Shown here: positions 10,301 through 18,800 of the stretch, piece by piece
Layout: each line of letters starts with the position of its first letter
How positions within the stretch are numbered: the stretch's first letter is position 1
Virus record (IMG/VR): IMGVR_UViG_3300035670_000754
Location: 1 to 34,821 of that record
Reading direction: 5' to 3' (one strand)
Source: a virus
Lineage: Duplodnaviria > Caudoviricetes
Length of the DNA: 34,821 nucleotides
Translations under genes and position numbers: made by a program
The notes under the pieces: model-generated
Told to the model about the DNA's origin: nothing
The model's input: only the letters and a program-made list of their open reading frames with translations
Databases searched by the model: none

Positions 10301-10441
10301 GGAACAAAAAGTTTGGTATAAATCTTCTTGACTAATTTTAAGACTTAGAATCTCTAAAAAATCAAAATCTTGTTCTAACTTAAACCTTACATTTTTTGGT
10401 GTTCCAGGTGTGGTTCTTATCCTAATTGACTCATTTGCCAT
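7355..10441 (-). CDS. large putative virion protein (1028 aa) with N-terminal beta-sandwich, internal hydrophobic segment and Cys-rich C-terminal half
   Basis: VVGRV...GVPNSKVSI...TKTNAAGDFMLFGVPVGQYTV resembles a carboxypeptidase-regulatory-like/prealbumin fold; hydrophobic run VIYYIISFFIDVVTFFIKLLILIITFCI; many Cys downstream. Confidence 0.65.
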   Translation of the reverse strand: MANESIRIRTTPGTPKNVRFKLEQDFDFLEILSLKISQEDLYQTFCSNYGVVVGRVIANGGFGVPNSKVSIFIPITSEDEKNLLIKDLYPFKTPYQKNSDGVRYNLLMSKSTCLLNTPVGTFPSKEEVLDSDLILEIFDKYYKYTTKTNAAGDFMLFGVPVGQYTVHMDVDLSDAGSASIRPYDMIADGYPEKLFKSKTQFKTSTNLDTLPQIKSGNISVDVIPFWGDPESCEIGITRADFDTNFQIKTSSLFFGSIFTDTGKMAINKGCNPKNDQGEQDNLKTSAGTIRMIRVKEYSQVEWYNNNNIKPTDLEKFDIDGGELIDDDGNFVIALPLNLAHVITDEFGDIVPSPDPSIGLPTRGMYRFAMKFTEPNENPKFRTATLLFPSLGVDFGGTQGVVDTGSPVQANGTQDQRFTDEIAAYDNNVYPNARIDLDFHTFEWKQIYTIAHFIKKYKKGANRFSFIGLKNTDVSGETNLFPFNNAIWKFDVIYYIISFFIDVVTFFIKLLILIITFCIRLCVRVRFSWWRSIVKVTIGFDITLVDIGFQVCPFGWLGNAIGSFKLPCEGAPQNDEYEVPPNGNWFYCNPQSCSNGSFYCGVNCSNSDFNIVNQNFFKFGLQAITINFNNIQNTCINLIEDWKCCTKLNAAENRNVIRRVFNDAWVFGSAYLFQFKYKRRIKKSTGQLKKEKFCGPGADQRRGDNYVTNQCCIDTDGGNTCDRCLLRGPGETKTGIGQFRDYHDVNHNYAIQNGKTGAADLDDIIYCNALFSTKIVSLGRVELCQETIEEIETASLANQGLRQYTQSPTFYTGTFFENGWDPSIWVNSLKETSYEDPRDVILYCAKNFTNPRCSLQQLFWGSGLFDGYPCHEYELKDNPFFFMKEVSKIYTDQQLSEVPPNEDEFGGPGYQGINNPYGDFTNDPVVYGGFIVDAASANRFSPCGKTGGGTECVGYNSTNPLVGRWFNNNNQLNANLSPEDADSDSWDRYISRGQRNNVNSRSNIPYYYFGVVPGKTAINKLRKDYFIEK

Positions 10442-12963
10442 TAATACGTATTTTTAATATAACTATTTGCTGTATCAAAGTAACCCTCCGCATAAGAACA
10501 GGTTGTTACTTTGTTATTTAAATAACCGGTATATGTTACCTCAAAAGTCACTTTAAATTTGTAATAAACATTTAAAGATAAATTATTAAAATTAGCTTGA
10601 TAATTGGTTTGTCCTGGTACAAAACCTACATAAAGTGTGTTTGTTAGAATACCAGAATTGTTATCAAAAGCTTCGATTATAAATCTACCAGTAACATTAC
10701 TATTAGTAAACGTTGGTGGTACCGACCATTGTGGTGTAAATTGATTTGTTTTTAAACTACCATAATTATTACCTTCTGAACCTGTAGAGCTTGCGTAACC
10801 AAAAACTGTTATGATGTCACCCACATTAAAAGACGTGTTATTTTTATCAAAAATTATTCGTCCATCAAATGACGTACTTTTAAAAAATTGAAAGTCTTCC
10901 GCTAATTTGACACCGTTTACTGTGACTATTAAAGCATAATTTGGATCTATAGGTAAGGTTGTAAAAAATTCATAATTTAAAGTTACTGGGTTAAAATTCA
11001 ATGTATTGTCACCAGTAGTTCTGTAACTTGGTGATGTTGTAGATGTAAAACCATCTAATTTTATTGTATCAATAAAATAAGAGCCTAAAATATTAGTAAA
11101 CCAAGAACTATTAGTAGCTGCTTTTATGTATGTAGCTATCAACCAATCAGTTGACTTTATACTTTCATAAATTTCCACGATTGGTGGTGTACCGTAACCC
11201 CCTTGTTGTATCAAAGTGTAATCTGAATCTTGTGTTAATTGTACACCATTTAAAATTAATAATATTTGATTGTTAAGTGGTATGGAGGTTAATATAAAAT
11301 AATTAAGTTCATTATTTATTGATTGTGGTCCTCTAGCCCCAACATAACCATCAATAAGTAGTTTATCATTAACTAAAGTGTAGTCAGGTACACCTTCTGT
11401 ACCTGGTGGTGCTAAATTAGGTGTGGGTGGGTCAACTACAGTCATAAAGTAATAATCACTACTACTTTGGAAACTGTTGTATTGTGTGGTACTAACCCAA
11501 TTATCAAAAATAATACCTGGGTTACAATCTTTACTCACAAATGTATAGTAGGGTCTAATTAAATATTCACCCCATGTTTTCGGTAAACTACCCTCTAAAA
11601 AATCTTGTTTAACATAATCCGATGTTATATAAGCGACTTTTTGACTGTTGTATTTTGTACCATAAACCGTATTATTGATTGAATTGTAAAAAATGTATCT
11701 AACCTCATCATTAAAATTAAAATACTTTTCAATTTCATTGGTTGCACCATCCAATCTATAAACAGCCGAATCTAAAAATGTTGAATAAAAAATATTATTA
11801 TTTGTAGAATCAAAATCTATAGCGTATGGTTGTGATGTTTGTGTTGGTATAGTTGAGTAGGCCCCAGTTACACAGTCTAATATTAAAATCTCATCATTGT
11901 TATAATCTGTAGCGTATATAGTATTATTTATTGAGTTAAATGTTGCTCCATTAAAATCTGGTGAATTACCTAAAGTTATTGTTGAGGTAACGGTTCCAAT
12001 TGAATTAACAACATCTATACTACCTGCTGTTGAGTCAGAAAAAACATAAAACTCATTGTTTATTGAGTTGTAAACTATTTGTTTTGTTGTGGAAAAAGAC
12101 AAACTAGCAAATATTGCTGGGGTTAATGTATTAGCATCTATCTGTACAACCTTACCACTACTAATATCAGTTAGGTAAAAAATGTTATTAGATTCCACAT
12201 AAATTATATTATTATAGTTAGAAGGTCCGTAAGATATCGGTCCTGCGATTATGGTGTTTGTTACACAATCTAAAACCCATATATTGTTAGAAGCGTTTTC
12301 TATAATAAATAATCTATTATTTAAAGAATCATAAGCTGTAGCTGTAGGTGTAAAACCTAGGGTAGACGGTTCTATGGTAGTTATAACCTGATTGATGTTT
12401 GCATCTATGACGGATATATTTTTACTTGCTCCACCTATATTAGAAACATATAATAAGTTATTTTGTGTATTATGGGAAATCCAATAAGGTAAAGACCCCA
12501 CACTAATTTCGCCTTTTAAAAAATCTGGTTCTGAATTAGATATTGTGGTAAAATTAGTACAAGAAGCAATAGTCTCACTACCATTTACTAAACCTCCGGT
12601 TGATATGACAGGGTTCCATTTATCTTTAGAAAAAACTTTTAAACAAAAATTACCGTCATAGTTTTGATAATTTGTGTCTCCTGTTATTAAAAAATTTAAA
12701 AAAATATCCCCAGTATAATCTAAATTATATATACCAGTTGTACCAGTAGTACACCCAGTTAAATTACTTGTATAACCAGTAGTCAGTTTTATCGCACCGG
12801 TAACATAATACTCAGGACTAAGAAAAATTTCTTGGCAAAGATTAATTTCAGGGTTTAAATTATTAACGTTATTTAAACCAATATCACGTAAAAATTTTTC
12901 TTCTTTTAACTCATTTAGATTTACATCTTTTTTAGTTTCTTTATTAGTGCATAAAAATCCCAT
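10441..12963 (-). CDS. putative virion protein with YncE/YVTN-type beta-propeller
   Basis: About seven ~42-aa blades (NNLLYVSN..ISVIDAN, NNRLFII..IWVLDC, NNIFYLTD..VVQIDAN, NNEFYVF, NNTIYATD..ILILDC, NNIFYST..VYRLDG, NNTVYGT). Two LNGVQL/VNGVKL modules typical of phage structural proteins. FN3-like C-terminus. Confidence 0.72.
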   Translation of the reverse strand: MGFLCTNKETKKDVNLNELKEEKFLRDIGLNNVNNLNPEINLCQEIFLSPEYYVTGAIKLTTGYTSNLTGCTTGTTGIYNLDYTGDIFLNFLITGDTNYQNYDGNFCLKVFSKDKWNPVISTGGLVNGSETIASCTNFTTISNSEPDFLKGEISVGSLPYWISHNTQNNLLYVSNIGGASKNISVIDANINQVITTIEPSTLGFTPTATAYDSLNNRLFIIENASNNIWVLDCVTNTIIAGPISYGPSNYNNIIYVESNNIFYLTDISSGKVVQIDANTLTPAIFASLSFSTTKQIVYNSINNEFYVFSDSTAGSIDVVNSIGTVTSTITLGNSPDFNGATFNSINNTIYATDYNNDEILILDCVTGAYSTIPTQTSQPYAIDFDSTNNNIFYSTFLDSAVYRLDGATNEIEKYFNFNDEVRYIFYNSINNTVYGTKYNSQKVAYITSDYVKQDFLEGSLPKTWGEYLIRPYYTFVSKDCNPGIIFDNWVSTTQYNSFQSSSDYYFMTVVDPPTPNLAPPGTEGVPDYTLVNDKLLIDGYVGARGPQSINNELNYFILTSIPLNNQILLILNGVQLTQDSDYTLIQQGGYGTPPIVEIYESIKSTDWLIATYIKAATNSSWFTNILGSYFIDTIKLDGFTSTTSPSYRTTGDNTLNFNPVTLNYEFFTTLPIDPNYALIVTVNGVKLAEDFQFFKSTSFDGRIIFDKNNTSFNVGDIITVFGYASSTGSEGNNYGSLKTNQFTPQWSVPPTFTNSNVTGRFIIEAFDNNSGILTNTLYVGFVPGQTNYQANFNNLSLNVYYKFKVTFEVTYTGYLNNKVTTCSYAEGYFDTANSYIKNTY

Positions 12964-13448
12964 TATATTATTGTTGTTTCAGTTGTTAAAGAAGTAAACC
13001 TACTTCTATATGATGTAATGTCAATACTTGCTTCAGCGGTAGTTCTAAGTAATAAGGTTGATGTTGTACTACCTAAATCTTTTACCGGTGTAATTAATTG
13101 GGATGTTTTAGGATTTGATCCAGTTGGTGTACCTAAAGAACCGGTGATTGAGGTTCTTCCTGTTAAAACGAAAGTTGTGTAAGAAGTTCTACCAGTATTG
13201 AACAAGCCGTTAGGTACTTCTTGTATACTTATTTCAGCCTCAACTAATTCAAAGTCATAATCACAAACATTTAGTATAGGACAAGGTTCATTACACCATC
13301 TTTCACCAGCAACCCAAATAGTTGTTGCCGGTATAAATTGTTCCATAAAAGGAAGCCAAAAACTTTGAAACTGTTTTTTATACTGTTCTAATTCGTAAAG
13401 ACTTAAATAAGATACAGTGTTTACAGTTGTCGCTGATGTTATTAACAT
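12963..13448 (-). CDS. putative virion protein, possibly the detached C-terminal piece of the gp7/gpI-like wedge protein
   Basis: FMEQFIPATTIW resembles the P-A motif that ends gpI/gp7-like wedge domains; has its own upstream TATTTATT motif. Confidence 0.6.
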   Translation of the reverse strand: MLITSATTVNTVSYLSLYELEQYKKQFQSFWLPFMEQFIPATTIWVAGERWCNEPCPILNVCDYDFELVEAEISIQEVPNGLFNTGRTSYTTFVLTGRTSITGSLGTPTGSNPKTSQLITPVKDLGSTTSTLLLRTTAEASIDITSYRSRFTSLTTETTII

Positions 13449-13461
13449 GTTTTGTTTTAAT

Positions 13462-13469
13462 AATAAATA
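13462..13469 (-). promoter_or_regulatory. TATTTATT variant of candidate late promoter
   Basis: 13 nt upstream of the ATG at 13448, in a 26-nt intergenic gap. Confidence 0.4.
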
Positions 13470-13474
13470 TTATT

Positions 13475-15787
13475 TTAGGTAATTCCTGAATAACAAATTT
13501 GTGTGTTTGCCGAAAGTAAGTAACCTTGTGGACAAACTAAAGTCGTACCACTAATAGGACAATCGGCACACATGTCAAATGTTAACCAAAGTTCTTTAGA
13601 GTTTAAAACTAAATTACTGTGTTTTTCATAAACACTAGATTGATTCCAATAGTCCGTATATCTCCAAGGGATGTCAGCGTCTAAGCTAGGCGCAAAAGTC
13701 CTATTTATAGTACCCTCACCATTTAAAGTACCAAAACTACCATCAGCCCTTTCTATCTCATCAAAATCAGAAATACCTACGTTAGGTAACCCTGGGTTAT
13801 AAACCCAAGATTTTTTATTGTCTATTACACGATTTAAATTAAACCCTGGACATTCTATGTTATTATAAACTAAAGATGGTACTTGACTAACACAATTAAC
13901 TTGAATGTCGTCGATAAAAAAATCGTAATCACAGCAACAATTTAACCCTTGGTATATTTCAAGATTTAAACCAAAATTCAATGTCAAACCAGAAGTTGGT
14001 ACCGTAGCTTTAAGTTGTACCCATGTATTAAAGTAGTCTGCCACAGAATCATATTCTTTTATTTGTGTTAGAGATTGGTTCAAAGAAGTATTTGTTGTAC
14101 TAATCCTAGCCTTTATAGGGTTATTAATATTATAACAACAAGTTTTAGGTGTTAACTCAATAGGTGTGGCAGTTTCCGCCTTAACTGCCGCTTTTTTTAA
14201 TGTACTAGCGATTTCAATATTAGCCTGATTTATGGTTGGTTGTAAAACACCCGTATTAGGTGTTAAAGTGATATCACAAAATTGCCCTTCAATAACTATG
14301 GTGTCATCTACAGGTGGATCAGGTACTGGTTGACAAGGGTTTTGTGGTTTAGCAAAATACAACCAAATAGAAATTTCCAAATCACTACCACAAGGTGGAA
14401 CCTCCATTAAATCATTATTCAAACTAAAAGTTGCTGGTAAACAATCATCTTTTGGTGATGCCAAACAATAAGGTGATTGCCAACTCCAGCCCAAATTAGG
14501 GTTATCTTTAATTATTCTGTTACAACAAGATTCACCTAATGATGTATTACTATCTTTTAACGTTACTATTTGTATTGTATTGTTAAAAAAATCAAAAGTA
14601 TTTACAACTTGTACTTGTGATAAATCTATTTCACATTGATCCACAACTGGTTTACACATGCAATTACCACCACTAATAGTATCAGCAACAGTTCTTTGTG
14701 TGGATAAATTTTGGTCGGTTAAGTTAACCTCAACTCCGACAAGAATAGGGTTACTAACTGTTACAGTATCCCAATAACCACCATATTCATCACAAACACC
14801 TTTTGTCATTAAAATCGGTGTGTTTGTTATAGTACCAAAATTAACATGAAAACCACCTGTTACATTTAACGCATTAGATAAAATTAATCTTGCCTCAGTT
14901 AAGTCTTGTATTCCGTTATTATTACTGTCCGATGTACTATTAATATTTAATTTAATAAAATTAATTTGTGTGGTAGTTAAACCTAAAGAGGGTCCTATAG
15001 ATGAAAAATTGTTTATAAAAAAACTATACCCAGTTGGTGTTGAAATTAGATTCAAAAAATCGTTTAAATTTTCAATACATTTGGGTTCATAGGTTTCTTC
15101 TATTGTTCCTTCACAAAAACATATACCATTTTTAAAAAATGTTTTACAACACTCTTGTGTTATTAGCTCACCATTTAATGTATTTACTGAAATTGTCTGT
15201 CCACTATTTGTGATTAAATCAACTACTTGTTGCCAAAGTATGGGTGAGGTTGTTGATAAACTTTGTCCATTATGATTTGTTATGTAGGTATCATTCCACC
15301 AATCAAAATTAGTACAATCTATACAGGTGACTGATTCGGGACATGCGGGTATTAATTTACAGGTTTTTCCGTCCCAATAATATTCTGACCCAATAGGTGG
15401 GGGACCCAATTGTTGATTTGTTTTTGAACAGCACTCTGGACCTTCTACACCCAAAACCTCACCATCCATAGTTATACTGTAAGGTCCAACACAACCACCA
15501 ATATCACCTTTAATACCGGCTATAGGTATTTCAGATGAAATTTTAGCAAAATTTAATTCGTTACTTATGGTAGTTTTTTCTATCGTATAAACACAACAAT
15601 CAGGGCAAGAATTTGTAGCTAACGAATTATAGTTGGTTGCTAAAGGATCTGTACAACCATCTATTTTTATCCCATAAACACAACAATCAGGACAAGGGTT
15701 TGTTGCTGTTGGATCATAATTTGTTGCCAAAGGATCCATACAACCTATTTTATTAAAAATCTCTCCTTGTAATATTATTTCTGTCAT
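13475..15787 (-). CDS. Cys-rich putative virion protein (770 aa) with GCxDPxAxNY repeats
   Basis: Two N-terminal GC(M/T)DPLATNY...CPDCCVY repeats, several CC...W...C modules, and a C-terminal GFNLNRVIDNKKSWV...LVLNSKEL segment. Confidence 0.68.
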   Translation of the reverse strand: MTEIILQGEIFNKIGCMDPLATNYDPTATNPCPDCCVYGIKIDGCTDPLATNYNSLATNSCPDCCVYTIEKTTISNELNFAKISSEIPIAGIKGDIGGCVGPYSITMDGEVLGVEGPECCSKTNQQLGPPPIGSEYYWDGKTCKLIPACPESVTCIDCTNFDWWNDTYITNHNGQSLSTTSPILWQQVVDLITNSGQTISVNTLNGELITQECCKTFFKNGICFCEGTIEETYEPKCIENLNDFLNLISTPTGYSFFINNFSSIGPSLGLTTTQINFIKLNINSTSDSNNNGIQDLTEARLILSNALNVTGGFHVNFGTITNTPILMTKGVCDEYGGYWDTVTVSNPILVGVEVNLTDQNLSTQRTVADTISGGNCMCKPVVDQCEIDLSQVQVVNTFDFFNNTIQIVTLKDSNTSLGESCCNRIIKDNPNLGWSWQSPYCLASPKDDCLPATFSLNNDLMEVPPCGSDLEISIWLYFAKPQNPCQPVPDPPVDDTIVIEGQFCDITLTPNTGVLQPTINQANIEIASTLKKAAVKAETATPIELTPKTCCYNINNPIKARISTTNTSLNQSLTQIKEYDSVADYFNTWVQLKATVPTSGLTLNFGLNLEIYQGLNCCCDYDFFIDDIQVNCVSQVPSLVYNNIECPGFNLNRVIDNKKSWVYNPGLPNVGISDFDEIERADGSFGTLNGEGTINRTFAPSLDADIPWRYTDYWNQSSVYEKHSNLVLNSKELWLTFDMCADCPISGTTLVCPQGYLLSANTQICYSGIT
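15587..15745. repeat. 87-bp-period tandem duplication encoding GCxDPLATNY...CPDCCVY
   Basis: 15587..15658 and 15674..15745 share taaacacaacaatcagg, aaaggatc and tacaacc blocks. Confidence 0.88.
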
Positions 15788-15791
15788 TAAC

Positions 15792-15799
15792 TATAAGTA
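15792..15799 (-). promoter_or_regulatory. TACTTATA variant of candidate late promoter
   Basis: 4 nt upstream of the ATG at 15787, one mismatch to TATTTATA. Confidence 0.35.
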
Positions 15800-15828
15800 T
15801 TTTTTAATTGATTTTTTATCATTTTAAT

Positions 15829-18800
15829 TTAACAATTAGAACCTAATGGTGAACACTCAGTAGTAGGTGTAGGATAAGGATGTAAGTTATCAAATATATA
15901 GTAAGACGATGCTAAACTATAAGATGGTACCGGATTATTACTAGTGAAATCTAATTTATAAAGAGTGTTATTATATTCAAAATAAATAAAGTTTTCGTAG
16001 ATTCCAGGACTTGAAAAATTATTACTTATTTGTATTAAATTTGTAGGGGTAAGTAACGTATTTAAACTAGCATCTAAATATAGTGGTGAGTTTAATGGTG
16101 TTTGACCTGGTTGTACATATAAAGTGGTTACTACGCCTGCTAACAAATTAGAAGTACCATAAACTGTATTATAGATACCTACAAGACACTGTTGGTTATT
16201 TATACATTTGGTGGTGTTACCTAATTTTAATTGAGCTGGTACACTTTGTGGGGTACCGATATTGTTGTTATATATTAAACATTTATTGGTCTCTGAATCC
16301 CATACAGCCTCACCAAATTGATTGTGATATAGTGTACAGCATTGTTGTGACAATGAATTACCTTCATAAGTTACCTCAATAGGTGAGGTAGTTCCAATTA
16401 ATTGGTATCCATTATTAATAGTGGATTCTCCGGTTACACTGTCATATATCATAACACCAGGACAAGAATAACACTTATCACCTTCACCAAAAGCATTACC
16501 AAACCAACCACCTATTTGTTCACAACATTGTTGTGATAAATCTAAACCATTAACATTTACTATTTGATACTCATTAAGTTCTGTACCGTAATTAACTACT
16601 GTTGGGCATTTTGTACATTTTTGTAAATTTAAATCCCAATTAAACCCATAATCTACACAACATTCTTGTAATAAATCATTGTTATTTGAGTCCTTAATAA
16701 TAATACTTGAATTTTCAACAACCTCAATAAGATTATTAGGACATGAAGAACAATAAGAGTTCGAACCCGCAAAAGTTGAACCTGGTAAATCTAAGAATGT
16801 TGTTGTACCGTTTTGTGAAACCAATGTTATATTATTATTGTTTGAATCTACAGGTGATACCCAATATTGGCCGTTTTGGTTACAACAGGATTCTGGTAAT
16901 AAAGTGTTGTCTGGTTTTACCCAAACATGTGTTTTAGGATATACTTGTGACCCCGCACAAGGGTTAGGATTTGGTTTTAAACAATAGTTAACCCCATTTA
17001 TGTTAGTTAACGTACCACCCCTCAATTCACAACAACCTTTATCTTTAATCACATTGTCTTGGTTATCTAAAATTAAACACCCGTAATTGTTAAAAAATGG
17101 TTCGTAAATGTTTGAAATAAAGTATGTAGCTTCAGAACCTATATTAGGTGAAGCGCCTAAACTAACAGCTAATTGTATTATTTGTGTTTGTGTCAAAGTA
17201 GATAAGTAATCGTCAACACTACATATTGTTTGTAAATAGTTTTCTGGTGGGCACCAATAACAAGTATAATTAGATTGTATCACAATACCACCTGTATATG
17301 AGTTAAATAAATCGTTTGTTGAGTATGTTCTTAGTGTTGATACATTTTCTGTACCAATCTCAATAGGTGTCCCTGTGTTGGTGCTTGTCACATATAAACA
17401 ATTTCTACCATCCCATGTAACATTAAAACCTAAATACGCTTTTGTACAACACTGTTGTGAAACAGTTTCATTTGTGTTAGAATCTAACACAACGTTATCA
17501 AATGATATTGACACTGATTCAGGGTTGGGGCAAGTTTGTGGTATAACACAATTTCTACCATCCCATGTAACATTAAAACCTAAATACGCTTTTGTACAAC
17601 ACTGTTGTGACACTGTTTGATTTGTATTGGTATCTAACACCAATCCGTCAACAGATATCATTAATTCGTTAGGTTTTGGGCATACTGGTGTGTTTGTATA
17701 TGTCGGTAACCAATAGTTTTTACAACATAAAGAATTTGTTAAAGGTGGGTTATTTAAAGGATCTCTAACCCCTGTATTAACATACACAATGCCGTCTGAC
17801 CCAAAAATTAATTGTTCTGTACAAGTATTACAAACATTTTTATTACCCGCAGTGAAACTAATTTTCATTGAAAAGGTGTCTCCACTAGGTCTAGCATAGT
17901 TTGGTGCATTATTACCCCCAACATAAGTTAACCCCGCAGAATTAACCACAACATTATTTACAGAACCGTTATTTAAAGCGGTTGCATAACCAGTACCGTA
18001 GTAAGGTACTGGTAAACCATTTTGGTCAAAAATGAAAGTACCTTCATTGTAGTTGTTAAAATAATTTTTAGTAACAGTAACGAGTGTTGAAGCTGTTAGT
18101 AACTGATTGAAGTTAGGTGTGAAGCATTCAAATTGTGAAAAATAACTTTTACCGAAATCATAAGGTCCTATATGTGGGTTATTACCAATAGTGGATTCAT
18201 TCCCACCGTTATACCAAAAACCACCCATCTGAAAATAGTTACTTGTGGTTTCTGGTAATACTTTTGGGAAACCAAAATTATCAATTGGGTAGTCACTTAA
18301 GTTTAAAGAACCCATACCTGTTTTATCAAATATTTCTTGTATTTGTGTATAAACTTTTTGTATATCCAATCTGTTTTCCGCTAAATAAACATATTCATTT
18401 AGTGATATAACACATTGTGGTATTTTAAATAAATTAAAGAAAAATTCTATAACTTTCCTAGTACCTTTAGATTTGAACAACCACCACGCATTTATAACCA
18501 ATCTTCTCCACAATTCTATATCTAATTCTTTTGCCGATAATGACCTTGAGTATCCACTAAAAGGTGTATTAAGTGAAGGTTTTATTTGTTCTGTTAAGTT
18601 AAAATTATCTGAACCAACAGTTAATAAAACATCAAAACCTAAATTTTTGGCCATCATTTTTATTAACTCATCGGAAGTATTATCAAGTTTGTTGTAAGTA
18701 ACAACATTAGCGAACGATATGCCATCAATATATTTTTTAACCTCATCAAATTCTCTACCGTAAATTCTTAAAAGTTTTGAAACTTTCATACCGTAAGCTT

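Noticed and set aside
15587-17610. Repeats as a CRISPR array
   Set aside because: Only two copies of each, with periods that are multiples of three and encode protein repeats; no repeat-spacer structure.
17398-17690. Repeat pair as a diversity-generating retroelement TR/VR
   Set aside because: The copies are tandem and in-frame within one gene, mismatches are not adenine-specific, and there is no reverse transcriptase in the window.
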